Part shown: in pieces, positions 13,001-26,118 of the stretch | Layout of the letters: every line of letters begins with the position of its first letter | Numbering within the stretch: the first letter of the stretch is position 1 | Origin: Lingula anatina | Taxonomy: Eukaryota > Animalia > Brachiopoda | Direction: 5' to 3' | DNA length: 64,000 nucleotides | Assembly: GCA_051362555.1 (NCBI GenBank) | Contig: CM120647.1 | Coordinates: 8,866,001-8,930,000, forward strand | Program-made: the position numbers and the translations under genes | The notes under the pieces: generated by a model | Told to the model about the DNA's origin: nothing | The model's input: the letters and a program-made list of their open reading frames with translations, nothing else | Database searches by the model: none

Positions 13001-16000
13001 TGTCAACAAAGCTGATCGACTCCCATCGTTTATGATTGTGACTAGGAGTTAATGAGAGAGAATAGGAGGGGTTAAACACCACTGCAGGCATTTTGGATCA
13101 TACAGGTCGTATTGTGATAATACAGCTATAAAATGATTCTCGAAAAAAAAAGTAAATAGAAAAAAAAAAAGGAATGACTGTTAGTATGTAATCTGTTACA
13201 AATGTAGGTTAATGTTTTACTGAACTACTCATACTGATGTGATTCATTTCCTCCTTTTGCAGAATTTGTGTTCCCTTCATTTAATATGTATTAAAGAGTT
13301 TTAGAAAGCTGACAGACTTTGTATAACATCAAAAACTGGGGAAATTCAGAAGTGAAGGATGTAGGTTTTCCCCATTTTGAACGCTCAGTTTTCTTACGAT
13401 AATCCTTAGCTTGTCCGAATGGGTGAAATTGGAGGAGTGACCCTGGTCAGCATTTCAGTCAGGAGTGGTCAAGGCTGTGGGCTCATTCACAATAAAAATA
13501 ATGTTCTAGGTAGATCAGTCCAACTCTGCAGGTACTTTCTCGTTTCCAAAATACTTGGAAAATCATAAGCTTTTCTGTATTCTACTCAACGCCAAGAGAA
13601 GTTTATCTGTTAATCTGATTGCATTCAGCAAGAGCGCCTACAGAGTTGGATCGATCTACATTAAAGATAGTTTTATTGGGAATGAGCCCTACATCAATAG
13701 CCTCCTGCTTGATTCACAATCATGTCACTGTATACTCTATCTTGATGACAGCAATCATTGCCAAAAACTTTATAGACTTATTAGACTATTTACCTTTTCA
13801 TCAATCAGGGTCTTAAAGTTGGGCAAACTTTTTATTTTTTAAACTTTTTTTTTTGGTCTCGTGCCTCTTTGGGTGGGCAGTTGCCCTAGGCTGGTGCCTA
13901 AAGGTGAAGACTGACTCAATAAATCAAATACAAAGATTACACAAAATAGACTACATATGTAAAAGCATGAGATCAGTTTGATACTTAACTCTGGGATTTA
14001 TCTAAGAAAGCTAACATGGTTAAAAACCCTACATTGCACTGTTCTCAGCTGTAGATTAGGTAATTTTGTAGATGGACAGTGTTTCACATTAAGTTTACTT
14101 GTCAAATCCTGTCAGTGTGCTGTTGCTCAGTCATGCAGCTTTTTATTCATATATTTTCTAATTTTTAGGTTCTACAACGAGACCCCAACAACGCCTATGC
14201 ACTAGTGCACCTAGGTTTTATCCTCAAGACCAGTTATAACGAGTACGAGAAGGCTGTGGAGTTACTGCAGTCAGGGTTGGAAAAGAATGACCCATCAACT
14301 GACCACGGGAGATTTTACTTCCAACTGGGAGACGCTTTGCAACGATTAAATAGAACAGAAGAGGTAAGAATTTCAAGTCATATATATCACTAAATTTGAC
14401 CAGAATTGATTAGGTGGACCAGCTGCTCTTTAGTATGTGTATGTGTGTGAGTGAGTGGGCATGTGAGTGAGTGTGTATGTGAGTGAGTGTGCATGTGCAT
14501 GCCTGTGTGTCTATGCCTGTATGTGTGTGTCTATGCCTGTATGTGTGTGTCTATGCCTGTATGTGTCTATGCCTGTATGTGTGTGTCTATGCCTGTATGT
14601 GTGTGTCTATGCCTGTATGTGTGTGTCTATGCCTGTGTGTGTCTATGCCTGTGTGTGTCTATGTCTGTGTGTGTGTGTGTGCTACATTTTAGTTCATTTA
14701 TCATCAGTGTCACCTAGAAAAAATTAAACTTATAGGTTTGTATGGTGTATCAAGTAACTGTAGTGTCCATAAAGCTTTAGAAGTATTAAAGTTTAGAGTT
14801 CATTCGACGGAATGGCATAGTTGTTGTTCTTCTTCTTTTTTCCTTTTCTTCCGCTTTTTATTGTAATATGAAAAGTCTCACTTCATCTAATCGCTCTGTG
14901 TGATTCAGGCTTACAAGGTCTATGAGGAGGGCACAAGGAGGGGTCACTTCAAGTCCAAGTACCAGCGGTCACTGTACAATGTGAACTCACTGACCAGCAG
15001 ACCATGGTGGACACCAGAGGAGACTACTTACAAGAAACATTTAAAGGTACATGGTTTACATAGGGACGCATGTGCCATTACGCGCGTGTGCGCACACACA
15101 CACTTTTCTGGATTTACAATGTCTGTCATTGGCTAAATATTATTACTATCATCATTGTTATTATTGTTAATAGTAAAATGTTTATAAATTTTTCAGTTAT
15201 TATTTCTGTTACACTAAAAGTTGACTCCTCTAAAGGACTTGAACTTTGATGGGTCACCTGAAAAACATGAAAATTGCATTGACACTCTGGCATCACAGCT
15301 TGATCTTGCTCTCCCAACTTCAATCATAAATTTATGAAACCAATCAAATAATACCTAATTTTAATGCCTACTATAAATATATATACTCTAAATGCCATTA
15401 TGAGGTTCGTATGTGATTTAAATTATTTTTGTTTTCTGATTTATTTTGTGCAACAATTCTTTTAATCCCACCAGTTGTTGGAAGATAATTGGAAGACAAT
15501 CCGAGACGAAGGTTTGGCAAACATGGATGTCAAGAAGGGTCTCTTTGAGGCCGAAGATGAAAATTTAAGTGATACAGGAGACTGGAAACAGTTTACACTG
15601 TACAGCCAAGGTAACTTAGAGGGAGTTGTGCTGAGGCATTTTCCAATTCCCCACATTTATCATCTCTTTGAAATTTTCAGAATGGTATTTCTTTCTGTGC
15701 TGGTTGTTAAATCAAGAGGATGGTTTGTAGAGTTGGATAGCCAGAGTATGAAAATGTGTTTCTCCCCTCCGTTCTCCTTCCCCCTTCCCCTCCCTCATCT
15801 ATAAGCTTATTTGAAATGATAAGCTTGATGAAGTGAATGGTGAATGATTAATAAAACATCAGCAACATTGTTAGTTTGAAGGCACTTTTTGGAAATGATA
15901 ATTACCTTTGAAGTTGTATACCAGTGTTGGTTCAGCTCTTTTTTATTTCATTGTGAAATTAAAAGACGGGATGTTTTTACTGACTGAAACTTTGTCGTTT

Positions 16001-17219
16001 TATCGTTAATTTTTTTTTCTCATCAGGAAGAAGAAGAGATGAAAATTGCAAAAAGGCTCCTAAGACATGTGCCCTCGTGGATAAAATTATAGATGCCAAA
16101 ACATGCAAAAGGGGGCAGGTAAAGCCATCATCAGTCAAGACAGGCTTATTATTATAACCAAGTGTTAGATGGAAATATTTATCAAGTCACTATTAGTGCT
16201 AAAGTATTCAATTTGAGATTTTGTTTGTTTTAACCTAAAAGTGAAAGAGATGTATGAATTTGCAAGGAGTGTAACTTTTTTTAGTTCTCAAATGAATCTT
16301 GATTTTCTTAGTAAAACTGTCCTGATATTTCTATATGCTTATTTGATATGAGCTGAGTTAATTGTCACAGAAAGAAACAGATGTTGATGTAGCCTTGTTC
16401 CTTGAACTTTAACTGGGATATCTGAAACACGACTAATCTCTAATAAAAAGATTTTTTGAACCATATTTGAGACAAAGTTCCCTGTACAAAAAGACGCTTT
16501 TTTTTAAGTGGTAATTTTGAATTAAATTACATAAATTACATTTCAGATCAAATATTCCGTGATGCAGCCTGGCGTCCATGTGTGGCCTCATTGTGGGCCC
16601 ACAAACTGCCGAATACGAGCCCATCTGGGGTTAGTGGTGCCAGAGGGGCCCAGGATCAGAGTGCAGGAGGAAATAAGGTAAGTGTCCACTCTGGTGGACA
16701 ATGTCCAGGTATTGGTCACTGGGGGTTGGTCTCACAAATTAAGATAATTTGAGGATGACAAATTAACTTAAGACAAAGGGTTTTTATCTGCCTTAGTTAA
16801 GAGTAAATGATTTATACTTAAATAATATTTTTGAGTTTGAGTCTGAGTGCTGCTTACATGAAACTAGAAATCAAGAAATTACCCCCCCCCCCCCCCACAC
16901 ACACACACACACACACACAGATGCACACATAAGGTGTATGTCTTTCATTATTTAGTCAAGCATAACATTGTTTATTATTATTATCAGATTCAGCAGAGAG
17001 AATGAAAGTGCAAGCTCTTTTAGGATTTTGATGAAAAATCAACTCATGATTACAATTACTTTTTGCAGGCACTGGAAGGAAGGAAAGTTCATCATTTTTG
17101 ATGACTCATTCGAGCATGAAGTTTGGCATGATGGCGACTCATTCCGTCTGGTATTAATCGTGGATTTTTGGCACCCTGAACTTACAGCAGAACAGAGGCG
17201 GACTTTGACCCCAATTTAA
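2666..17219 (+). CDS. ASPH: Aspartyl/asparaginyl beta-hydroxylase, 12 coding exons, about 551 aa
   Basis: Exons 2666-2702, 8991-9158, 9336-9568, 10052-10210, 10728-10806, 11111-11247, 14169-14363, 14909-15046, 15475-15610, 16027-16118, 16547-16677, 17069-17219; all GT-AG and phase-consistent. Type II TM segment FKLLLLVTIAVAAVLSYCYI, TPR region (PNSPRGNYGKGQALDKLA, GRFYFQLGDALQR), catalytic domain with VWPHCGPTNCRIRAHLGL and FDDSFEHEVWH...RLVLIVDFWHPEL. Confidence 0.96.
4428..4663. mobile_element. PIF/Harbinger-like MITE family B copy
   Basis: Ends GGGACCATTCCCA ... TGGGAACCCAGTC followed by TTA; subterminal GATCGATC/GGTCGATC motifs; similar to the copies at 9678, 12367 and 30011. Confidence 0.7.
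4745..4924. repeat. Near-perfect tandem duplication, 2 x 90 bp
   Basis: TACCACATATAAGTTGTCAG...CCAAGTAGCCAG at 4745 and 4835; one mismatch seen. Confidence 0.95.
5154..5321. mobile_element. Small TIR element with CAG..CTG termini and 5-bp TSD
   Basis: CAGACTCGTAGCC ... GGTTACGGGCCTG flanked by TATAT/TATAT; internal G run. Confidence 0.6.
9678..9931. mobile_element. PIF/Harbinger-like MITE family B copy (diverged)
   Basis: GACTGGGTTCCCA ... GGTAATGGTCCC followed by TTA; internal similarity to the other family B copies. Confidence 0.6.
12367..12572. mobile_element. PIF/Harbinger-like MITE family B copy
   Basis: GGGCGTATTCCCAGA ... TCTGGGAATGGGGTC flanked by AAA/AAA; close reverse-complement match to 30011-30236. 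Confidence 0.75.
13479..13689. mobile_element. PIF/Harbinger-like MITE family C copy
   Basis: TIRs GGGCTCATTCACAATAAAA / TTTTATTGGGAATGAGCCC with inner inverted GTAGATC..TCCAACTCTG motifs; no clear TSD. Confidence 0.7.
14435..14682. repeat. TG-rich 18-22 bp minisatellite (TGTGTGTCTATGCCTGTA)
   Basis: Visible periodicity; it accounts for three spurious Cys/Val-rich ORFs. Confidence 0.95.
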
Positions 17220-18679
17220 GTTTTTTTGCGTTAACAATGACTGGCATATTACCTTTTGTCATTAGTTAAGGTTCATTCAAAATGATAATTTAAAAAAATT
17301 ATGGTCTATTAGTTCCGATCATTTGCTTTTATAGAATAAATGAAAAAAATTTCACCATGATAATTATGGTGATTTTGGTGTGTAGCACCTGTGATTTTGA
17401 AACTACAATAAGACTTCACATAACTTCAACACTTTCGTTGAAGTTGGGCAATTTTGATATTAGTTTCAGCTAATATCAAAGAAATAGTCACTTTGCAATT
17501 AAAATTTACATGAAATGGTTAAGAAGATTTTATTTATTAGGTTAGGAGTTATGCAGGTTTTACTATTATTTGAAAATCACAAAATTTAATTATCAGCATT
17601 GTCATTAGGCTAGGTCATAAAGGATCTTACTTGTTATTTAGCAAAAACAAATATTGACAGATGACTTGATTTCTGTCACATACTTGCCTTTATGCCCATG
17701 CATGATGGCTCAAGTATACCAAATCTATTTGAATCTTGTGAAAACATTCCAAATTGGTATATTTAAGATACTTTGCTAGTCGAGTCTATTACAGAATTAT
17801 GAATATTGAGCCTTGATATATCTAATCCACAAAGACTTTCTTGGACAACTCATCCTACTCACTAATCAACAGATTAGAGATTGGAATAGCCATTCTTTAT
17901 TTTAGCTGCTGCAGTTATTCAGTTATTTAGATTTTTTATATTTTTTTCATTAAAATGATATTACTGCAACTCTCATATAGCTCCATCTTTTATATTTACC
18001 TGCTTTAAGGAGAGACATTGAAGGGAGTTGTGTCGTTTAAAAATTTCTGGACATAAAAAGCTTACAAGCAAAGGATGAAAGCAGCAATATAATCACTGCA
18101 TAATATGATATCTTACTCTCACATTTAACACTGTGCAAATAATTCTTAACCTGGTGCTTGCACAGAAAAATATTTAATGTATGTAAGTAAATTAGATTGA
18201 CTTTTCCCCAACCCTGAATTTTGTGGGTCACCTGAAAAGGCTGCAATATGCAGAGAGTGAAGGTCAGTTTTTAGTTAACTTTGGGCTAATTAAAAAAAAT
18301 TAGCATGAAGTCTGTGCTGAGCTAGTTTTCCATTGTTACAGTAGGAAAGTATGCGTCAGAGGACATCAATAAATGTCAATCAGTTTTTAAGCTGCAGAAA
18401 AGCATTAATCGCATTATAGTCCTTTTCTAGCACCAAATATATATATATATATATTAGTAATTGTTAAGAATTTAGGCTCTTATTGGGAAGGGTGGCTCAG
18501 GGGATTGTGTGTCAACCCGCTCGTCTTGGCATGAGACTTAGATTGTTCAGCATTATGTGAGACTAGTTGAAAAGTCAAGTGAATGAATCAAAAATTTGAT
18601 AAATGAATTAATCAAGTATTGTTAGAAAAATTTTAAATAATATAATGCATTGTAAGACTGGTGATAAATTTCAATCTGC

Positions 18680-19024
18680 TTAAAGTGATAATAACTCTTC
18701 GTTTCGGCCAAAAAATGAATTTTCCTGGAGTAAACAACAATTTTCCCATACTTACCAAGGGTTAATGAATCCATTTTTACATTCAAAGTTAGTCCCTGGT
18801 TTTTTTCTAAAAAGTTTGGTTTTTTGTTAAAATCTCTTAAGAGATTTTAACAAAGTATAGCCATCAATGGAGGTCACGTGGTCTAAAGACAAGCTCAGAT
18901 ATCAGAATAATAGCTATAACTGCCGTTTTTGTGGTAAAACAGAATATGTTATATTTCTATGAGTTATTCACAATGTTTTTATTGTGAAATATAGATCTCA
19001 TACGAAGAGTTATTATCCCTTTAA
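18680..19024. mobile_element. Kolobok-like MITE family A, copy 1
   Basis: TTAA at both ends; TIRs AG(T/G)GATAATAACTCTTCGT; central perfect 28-bp palindrome TGTTAAAATCTCTTAAGAGATTTTAACA; highly similar to three other copies. Confidence 0.9.
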
Positions 19025-20907
19025 GATTTTGTATGTATGATTTATATTGTTATGTGTGATTTGTAGGTAAAATATTCAAGACCCAGATCAATGTGGTAGT
19101 TTGATATATAGTGGCAGGACCAAAGTGTATAACTTATTGCATAAACTTACTGTTTTTGCTGACAATCAAAAAGAAAAAAATCAGCTTTCTTTTCTATCAG
19201 TTGTATTATTTACTTGTCTTATTTTCTACCAGTTGTATAATTTCCTTTTCAAATTAGTTAAGACATGACAATTTCTGGTGACAATCAACCTCATTGTCCA
19301 AATATGGGTTTAAGTTTATTCTGATGTAAATTAGCCTTTTACAGTGCATAATGATTCTTTTGGGCCAATTATTCCTGGTAATGGTTCAGTCTCTTAAATG
19401 TGGAAAATTCTCATTCTTTCAGATACATCATTCACGAATGATAAAAGTTATATTTCTATGTAAGATAAGCATTTATGGTCCTTTTACTGTATTGACTATT
19501 AGTAATCCCACTTGTCAGTTTTTTATTGGTACCACTCTATAGGAATATTAAAAACGTTAAAAAATACAATGATCTGATAAATTCACAATTTTCCCCATTG
19601 AAAAGATTGAGGCACTACTGTATTTTGGTGACACAAAGTACATATTCACGTACATATATCAAGGGTTTCAAAATTGCCAAGTTTGACGGGTATCCAAATT
19701 GGACCCGTTAGTCTGTATGGGAAAATTTTTGTTACCAGGTTTATGTTGAAACTGATATAGATTGGTCTTATAAAGAAGGGAATATTTCTTTGGGGACCAT
19801 TTGGTGTATTGTGTTGGAATATTTTGTCAGTTATCAGTTGCCTCCCAGAAAATCATTACTTGGGTTTTTTATTATTATTTTTTCGGTACTTAGGAAGTAT
19901 CTTCTGCAGATACTTAAAATGGAATATTTTGGGTAATACAGTATTATGCGTTCAAAAGGTTTAATTTTTGTGAAAGTTATCATATTTAAGTGTTATGAGC
20001 AACCCCATCATATGGAGTACAGAATAATGAAAGAAGTGTCCACAAAATTATACTATGTCATACAGTTTAACATTTAATATGCACAAAGACCTTGTTTCAA
20101 AATGGTCAGATATTTTTTTCTTATGGTATATATCATATTTGTTATATTATTAGGCATATGCTGCAATTGTTACATATTGTATGTATAATTCTATGTGTTG
20201 TGTTTAAATGAGTATTGTAAGATGCAAGATGATGTAAAGCATTGTTATTATAACAGAATAAAATACTCTTTCTGGTATATTGATTTGGTATATTTTACAA
20301 TATAAAACTCTCATCTCAAAGAGATTTGTACATAATTCTTTATACATTTTTTGTCTTATAAGTAATTGCTGAAATCTGTTGTACAATGCAGGCTTTTGCA
20401 TTGTCTCTTTTTACGAGTTCGCAAAATGGTAATATCTTAAAACTGCAAAACTTTGACATGGAGCAAAAACCCTCTTTCCTCCAGGTAGGTCAAGATGCTT
20501 GATCATAAACAAAAAATTCTTTTTAATGATTAAGACTTTGATTTTTCTTGACTTAAGCATTCGGGAGTTAACTTTGGAGTTTTACATTTGTCAGTTAACC
20601 AGTCTGTAACATTAACACTGGTCCCGAAACAAATTTCAGAAAAACTGAAGCCATTCAGTAAAATTTTGACAATTTCTTTGCCTATTTTGAGGTCATTTTT
20701 GTTGCAGGTTCTAAAGCCTCCTTTCCCATAAAAACAATCCAGAGCATCTACCATGGTAGCTGTTCTACAGTGAACTTCAATTGTTCACCATAATATTTAT
20801 CTTAGACAAATGTCTCCACTGCCCAATTTTCAGTTCATTTTCACTGACTCAACTCCATATCGCCCATGGCCATTTCCCTTCCTTGCCTTCCTTCATGATG
20901 GCAAATA

Positions 20908-22101
20908 TCATTCAATTTCTCCCAGGTATATATTTTTATCACTTGAACATGATAGCACTGAAAAGAAGAAAAAAAGAATTCAAAACAATGAAAAAAACAA
21001 TGAAACCACGGGCAAAAAGTTCTTTAAACTTGATGAAAAAATCAGTATTTCTGGTAATTATTTCTAAAAAGATTGCTTACAAGACTCACTGCTTAAAACA
21101 GAAAAGTAGAACAAAGTAAGGGCCATGTAGCATGACAACATTGGTAAAAAAAAAACAAATAACGACAAATCTTATAGAGAAAGTCATTTAATATATAAAT
21201 CTGTAAAAAAAAAAAAAAAAAAAAAAGGTGGGAGCATTTATATTAACCTTGATCTAGTGGGCAACAATAGTGATATGACCTTGACCTACCTATGGGTTCT
21301 GTAGGATGAAAGTCCACCTCATTAACAGAGCCTGCATGACCTGGAAGTTTGTACAATATCCGCCGCGTTGTTGTGTCCCACACATAGACAAACCTGTGAA
21401 CACATATCAAATGCTACTTTACAAACATTATTGGACTTCTAGTTGAAAATATCTACACATTCACATTAAATTTTTTTGAATCAGTAACCAGCAAAAATCC
21501 TCATCAGAAGGATGCAGCTTCATTATAGTCACATGTATCATCTACTAACAGACACTGTAGGTCTATAAACATTCAAAACAAAACAGAAAAAAGTTAAGAT
21601 AATGCACACATAATTTGTTTCTTTTTTAAATCATCAACCAGTTGAAGATCACGTGAGGAGACACTGAAGATACCAAAAGAGACCTAAAAACAGAGAGAGA
21701 GAAAACATGTAATGCACAACAGTAGTGGACATAAAGTGGTACTGTAATTGACTTTTCTATATCTCACCTGTCTCCTGAGCCTGCTGAGACTTTACTGCCA
21801 TCTGGTGACCAAGAACAGCGCAGGAGATTCTGGAGAGAAACGTTTACAATATCTAACTGTTCATAATTTCATATTTTTTAAATGTGTGTCTTACAAAAAG
21901 ACTAATTTCTAAGAAAACCTATTCTCTAAATATCTTTTATGAGTCATAATGTATTTCAGCTTCCAAATTACTTTTTTATCTATAACTGAAATTCACTTAA
22001 ACTTTTATTATCATCATGTATAACATTTTGCACTACTCCTTTGTTTTCATGGTTTTTAATAGTCTTCAATAATAACTTTATTGCACAATCTGTTTAGCTG
22101 C

Positions 22102-22178
<77 letters not shown>

Positions 22179-25100
22179 CAATTTGGCCAAATCAATCATT
22201 ATTCATCACTTTACCTTCTCAAACGTATGCTGATTCCCAGTGAAAATTTTGACACATCTCTCCTGTGGTGCGAAAGGCCTGACGTCCCACACCCTGACTG
22301 TATTGTCCATGGCGGTGGTCAGCAAGTATGACCCCTCGGGGGACAGCTCCATACCGGTCACAGTGTCCGTGTGACCACGCATCTTGTATAGGATGTCATT
22401 CTTTCTGAGATCCCACACCTTAAAATTATAAAAATCAATAATTAAAATAAATAAATAGATAAAAAAGAAGTAATTCGGTAATGTTAAACATGGCTTCTTG
22501 CTTTTAAGGCTGCTTCTAAGGTTGAAATGTATCCAGTGTTTGAAGCAAAGAGGAAATACTGCTTTTCAGCTATTGAGGATGCAAGAAATGTGTCATACTC
22601 CCCCAACACAGAGAGACACAAGCGCTGGTGATATGTCTTTTCTTGGTTTCTTCGTATATCAAATTAAAAGAAAGAATTTTTCCAGTTGGCTTTACTCTCA
22701 ATGAGAATGTCTTGCATTACACTAGTGTGGGGAAATACATCAGTCTACATTTCAGCAGTACTTCAATTAAAAACAGTTTTAGTGCCTTATTGTTCTGCTT
22801 AATCCCAACATGATATAAAATGGTTTGATTTTTTTGTCTAAAAAAACAGGAACAAAATCAGGTAATATTTGGAAATAAGTCTATACTGCAGCAATTTTTT
22901 ACCTTCAGTTCGTTATCAATTCCGCCAGATATGACCTGCTCTGCCGTGTCATTGAAGGTCAGCGAAGTCACCTGGTACGTGTTCTGGAATGTCTGGATAG
23001 CGTGCTTCTTCCTGCTGTCCCATAACTGAAGAAAAATAGACATTAAATTTACACAGTGCAGCTTTATTTTGTCCCTACTACTGACCAAGAAAATATTTTT
23101 GCCACAAAATGCCCGACAACTGAAGAAGAATCTCAATCTATATCATTTCTGCTTCCGTTCTCTTTATCATTGCCTTTTTTCATTTTGTGATACATAAATT
23201 TTTATAACTGTCAGCCTGAATGTCTGGCTGTTTTTTTCGTAAGCTTTTAGCATGTTAGTAAAAAAAATCATATTACAAGCACATTCCTTTGTAAGTAATG
23301 AAGTGATGGTATCTTGTGTGATCTCCAAATAATACCTTAATAGAGCCATCGTCACTGCCACTGCATATCAACTGCGGTCCTCTTCTCGCTAAGTTACAGC
23401 TGTTGACAAATGATGTGTGTCCTTTTAACCGCTTTATCCTCCCGCCAACTTCAATATCCCATAATGCAATAGTTTTGTCGGTAGCACAAGTGACAAGTTG
23501 GCTATAAAAATATTTCAATGCAATTTTAGCAATGCCTTATCAAAAACACATTTAAAATAGTTTAATTGTAATACAATATCATTATCAATCTTGTAAAGTG
23601 CTGTTATCTTTTACTAAGTTGGACATCCAAGTCACACATGACATACTTTGCAGATAGGAAAAAAATGCTACCTGGTATTATTCTCAGAATTTTTCAGATA
23701 AACTGGTTCTGTATTGCTAGGATATAACTGTAAAAATGTCTTGTGTGTCTATCTGATAAAATACTCCTCCTCTACCTCCTGAGTACATATAGTAGTAAGG
23801 CTGGCGATTATACGAGTATATAAATTGGAAACAAGAGAAGGGATGTGATTCTGTTAATCTGACTGCGTTCAGCGAGAGTCTCTGTGGAGTTAGTGCTCAC
23901 ACCTCTTACCTTCCGTCTGTAGAAAAATTCAGCTCCATCACTGCTCCAGAATGTCCCTTTAACACTGCAAAGTTTTCACACTCCCCATACACATTCCAAA
24001 AGTCTGCAAATAAAAAACAGATACATCTGTCCTTAATCTTAATTTAAAAATATCTTTTCTCTCATCAAACAGGATTGAATAGATCTCACTTGTATAGATT
24101 TTAAGTCTTTAAAAAAATGATTAACTGAAATTGACTGGTAAGTTAAAGGGATAATAACTCTTCGTATGAAATCTGTATTTCACAATAAAAACATTGTGAG
24201 TGACTCATAAAAATATAATATATTCTGTTTTCCCACAAAAACGGCTGTTATAGCTATTATTCTGATATCTGAGCTTGTCTTTAGACCACGTGACCTCCAT
24301 TGATGGCTATACTCTGTTAAAATCTCTTAAGAGATTTTAACAAAAAACCAAACTTTTTAGAAAAAAAACCAGGGACTAACTTCGAATGTAAAAATGGATT
24401 CATTAACCATTGGTAAGTATGGGAAAATTGTTGTTTACTCCAGGAAAATTCATTTTTTGGCCGAAATGAAGAGTTATTATCACTTTAATATTTCTATCAG
24501 TGTATATCTATTTCCTTACTTCATTTTCTTAACAATTTTCTAAGTAACTTATACATGAGCAAATGGAGAAATTAAAGAATAAATAAAAAGATGGTTCTCA
24601 ATTAGCCTAAATAATCATACTCTTATAGACTAGCCTATTAGGGTTCATTCCTATTGAAGCTATCAGTCTACGTAGATCAATCCAACACCGTGGACACTCT
24701 TGCTGAATGCAATCAGTTAAACAGATAAACATGCTTCCTCTTGGCATTGAATAAAATACAAAAGAACTGGTGATTATATGAGTACATTGGGAACAAGCAA
24801 AGGAGGTATATAAATCTGTTAAACTGACAACATTCAGTCTCTATGGAATTGGAGTGATCTATGTAGGCTGATAGTTTCAATGGGCATGAACCCTTAGATT
24901 TGGACAAGCCATCAAAAACTAAAAAAGAAGCCCTCCTTACATATCAATCTGTCAAATCCTGCTGAGGCCAGCATGGTCCCATCTGGGGAAAACTTGGAGG
25001 TGAAGATCTCTCCCTCGTGACCTGATAACAGCATGATGGGGGCCAGGAGATTGGACGTTCTGGGAGGACCCTGCAAAAAAAGAGTGATCACGATGAATGT

Positions 25101-25332
25101 CTTTGTTAATGCAGTTGTGAGCTAAATCTGCTAAACTTACATAGATCATTGACAGAAAGATTTAAAAATCAATGTAAACTTATTTTAAATTACCACTCAC
25201 CTATTTTTATCCAAGTTACACCAGTTAGTGAATTTAGAGCGAAATGAATGCACTCAAATACTCATTCGCTGGCATTTCCAATAAAAACTCGAACAGGTGT
25301 GCTAAAGGTAGACAACTCGCACCCGCCCCCCG

Positions 25333-25393
<61 letters not shown>

Positions 25394-25541
25394 GACACAT
25401 GCACACATCTTGCCTCAGTTTACTTACACTTGACTGTACTACGGCACCATTTTCTTTATTTTCCATATACACCAGTTCATTTCTCGGTCTCTTCATGGCA
25501 ACTACGGCCATGTCCTGAGCTTTCCTCTTTCCAGCTTCCAT
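20908..25541 (-). CDS. SNRNP40: U5 snRNP 40 kDa WD40 protein, 9 coding exons, about 348 aa
   Basis: Exons (5'->3') 25541-25428, 25070-24941, 24003-23910, 23501-23336, 23025-22903, 22418-22215, 21829-21768, 21393-21290, 20957-20908; GT-AG, phases match. Diagnostic peptides APIMLLSGHEGE, RLKGHTSFVNSC..ARRGPQL, WDVRPFAPQERCVKIF, RRILYKLPGHAGS, SSDKNIYLGEIE*. Confidence 0.97.
22107..22176. repeat. (CA)n microsatellite
   Basis: Direct observation. Confidence 0.95.
24143..24488. mobile_element. Kolobok-like MITE family A, copy 2 (opposite orientation; SNRNP40 intron 2)
   Basis: TTAA-AGGGATAATAACTCTTCGT ... GAAGAGTTATTATCACT-TTAA; reverse complement of copy 1. Confidence 0.9.
24641..24893. mobile_element. 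PIF/Harbinger-like MITE family C copy
   Basis: TTA TSD; long imperfect TIRs GGGTTCATTCCTATTGAAGCTATCAGTCTAC / GTAGGCTGATAGTTTCAATGGGCATGAACCC. Confidence 0.8.
25322..25391. repeat. ~70-nt poly-C tract (poly-G on the SNRNP40 transcript strand), intron 1
   Basis: Direct observation. Confidence 0.95.
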
Positions 25542-25730
25542 TTTTGAGCTTGGAAAATGTATATTAAATGGCTTAAAATACGATTTACAACATAAACAAT
25601 GCCGCCGGCTTGGGCGACGTACAGACAGACGGAAAACAGGAAGTTGCATCCCAGAGTTCCTTGCGTTCAAGACAAACCCGTGCCCTTGTTGCAGACGAAT
25701 CCTTGGCATGTGGAGTACAAAACCGAGTGA
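25542..25730. promoter_or_regulatory. Putative bidirectional promoter, SNRNP40/LIPT1
   Basis: Divergent genes; CpG-rich patch with CAGGAAGT; donor-like GTGAGTAAG at ~25727. Confidence 0.55.
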
Positions 25731-26118
25731 GTAAGATTTTAGAAAAATAAAAGCTGCAGTAATGTCATATGGCTGTAAGTTATAAAAGATTACAAAGTAT
25801 ATTAGGTATAATGAACAGGCAGTTTTTAAAATGGAGAGAAAAGGCTGTAAAATAAGCAAATCACCTTGCATCTCCTTGAATTTTTCGCCTTTGAACAGTA
25901 CAGTGCACAGTAGAGCCTAGAGGAAAATGAGAAGTACAGTGTTGTTTTATGTATCCTTGCTGTTCACAACTTAAGCACTGTTTGATTCTAAAGAGTAGAC
26001 AAATCAAACCGATGTGCTAATTTTCAGTTAAACAATTAAATACAAACAATTAAATATCAACATATTTGTTTTCAGTTTGTAATGAAATTGTTACCATTCT
26101 TTTCATATATACTAGTAG

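Noticed and set aside
14467-14727. Cys-rich metallothionein-like ORFs
   Set aside because: Translations of a TG-rich minisatellite inside an ASPH intron.
25244-25871. Poly-Pro and poly-Gly ORFs
   Set aside because: Caused by the C homopolymer; only 25541-25428 is coding (SNRNP40 exon 1).
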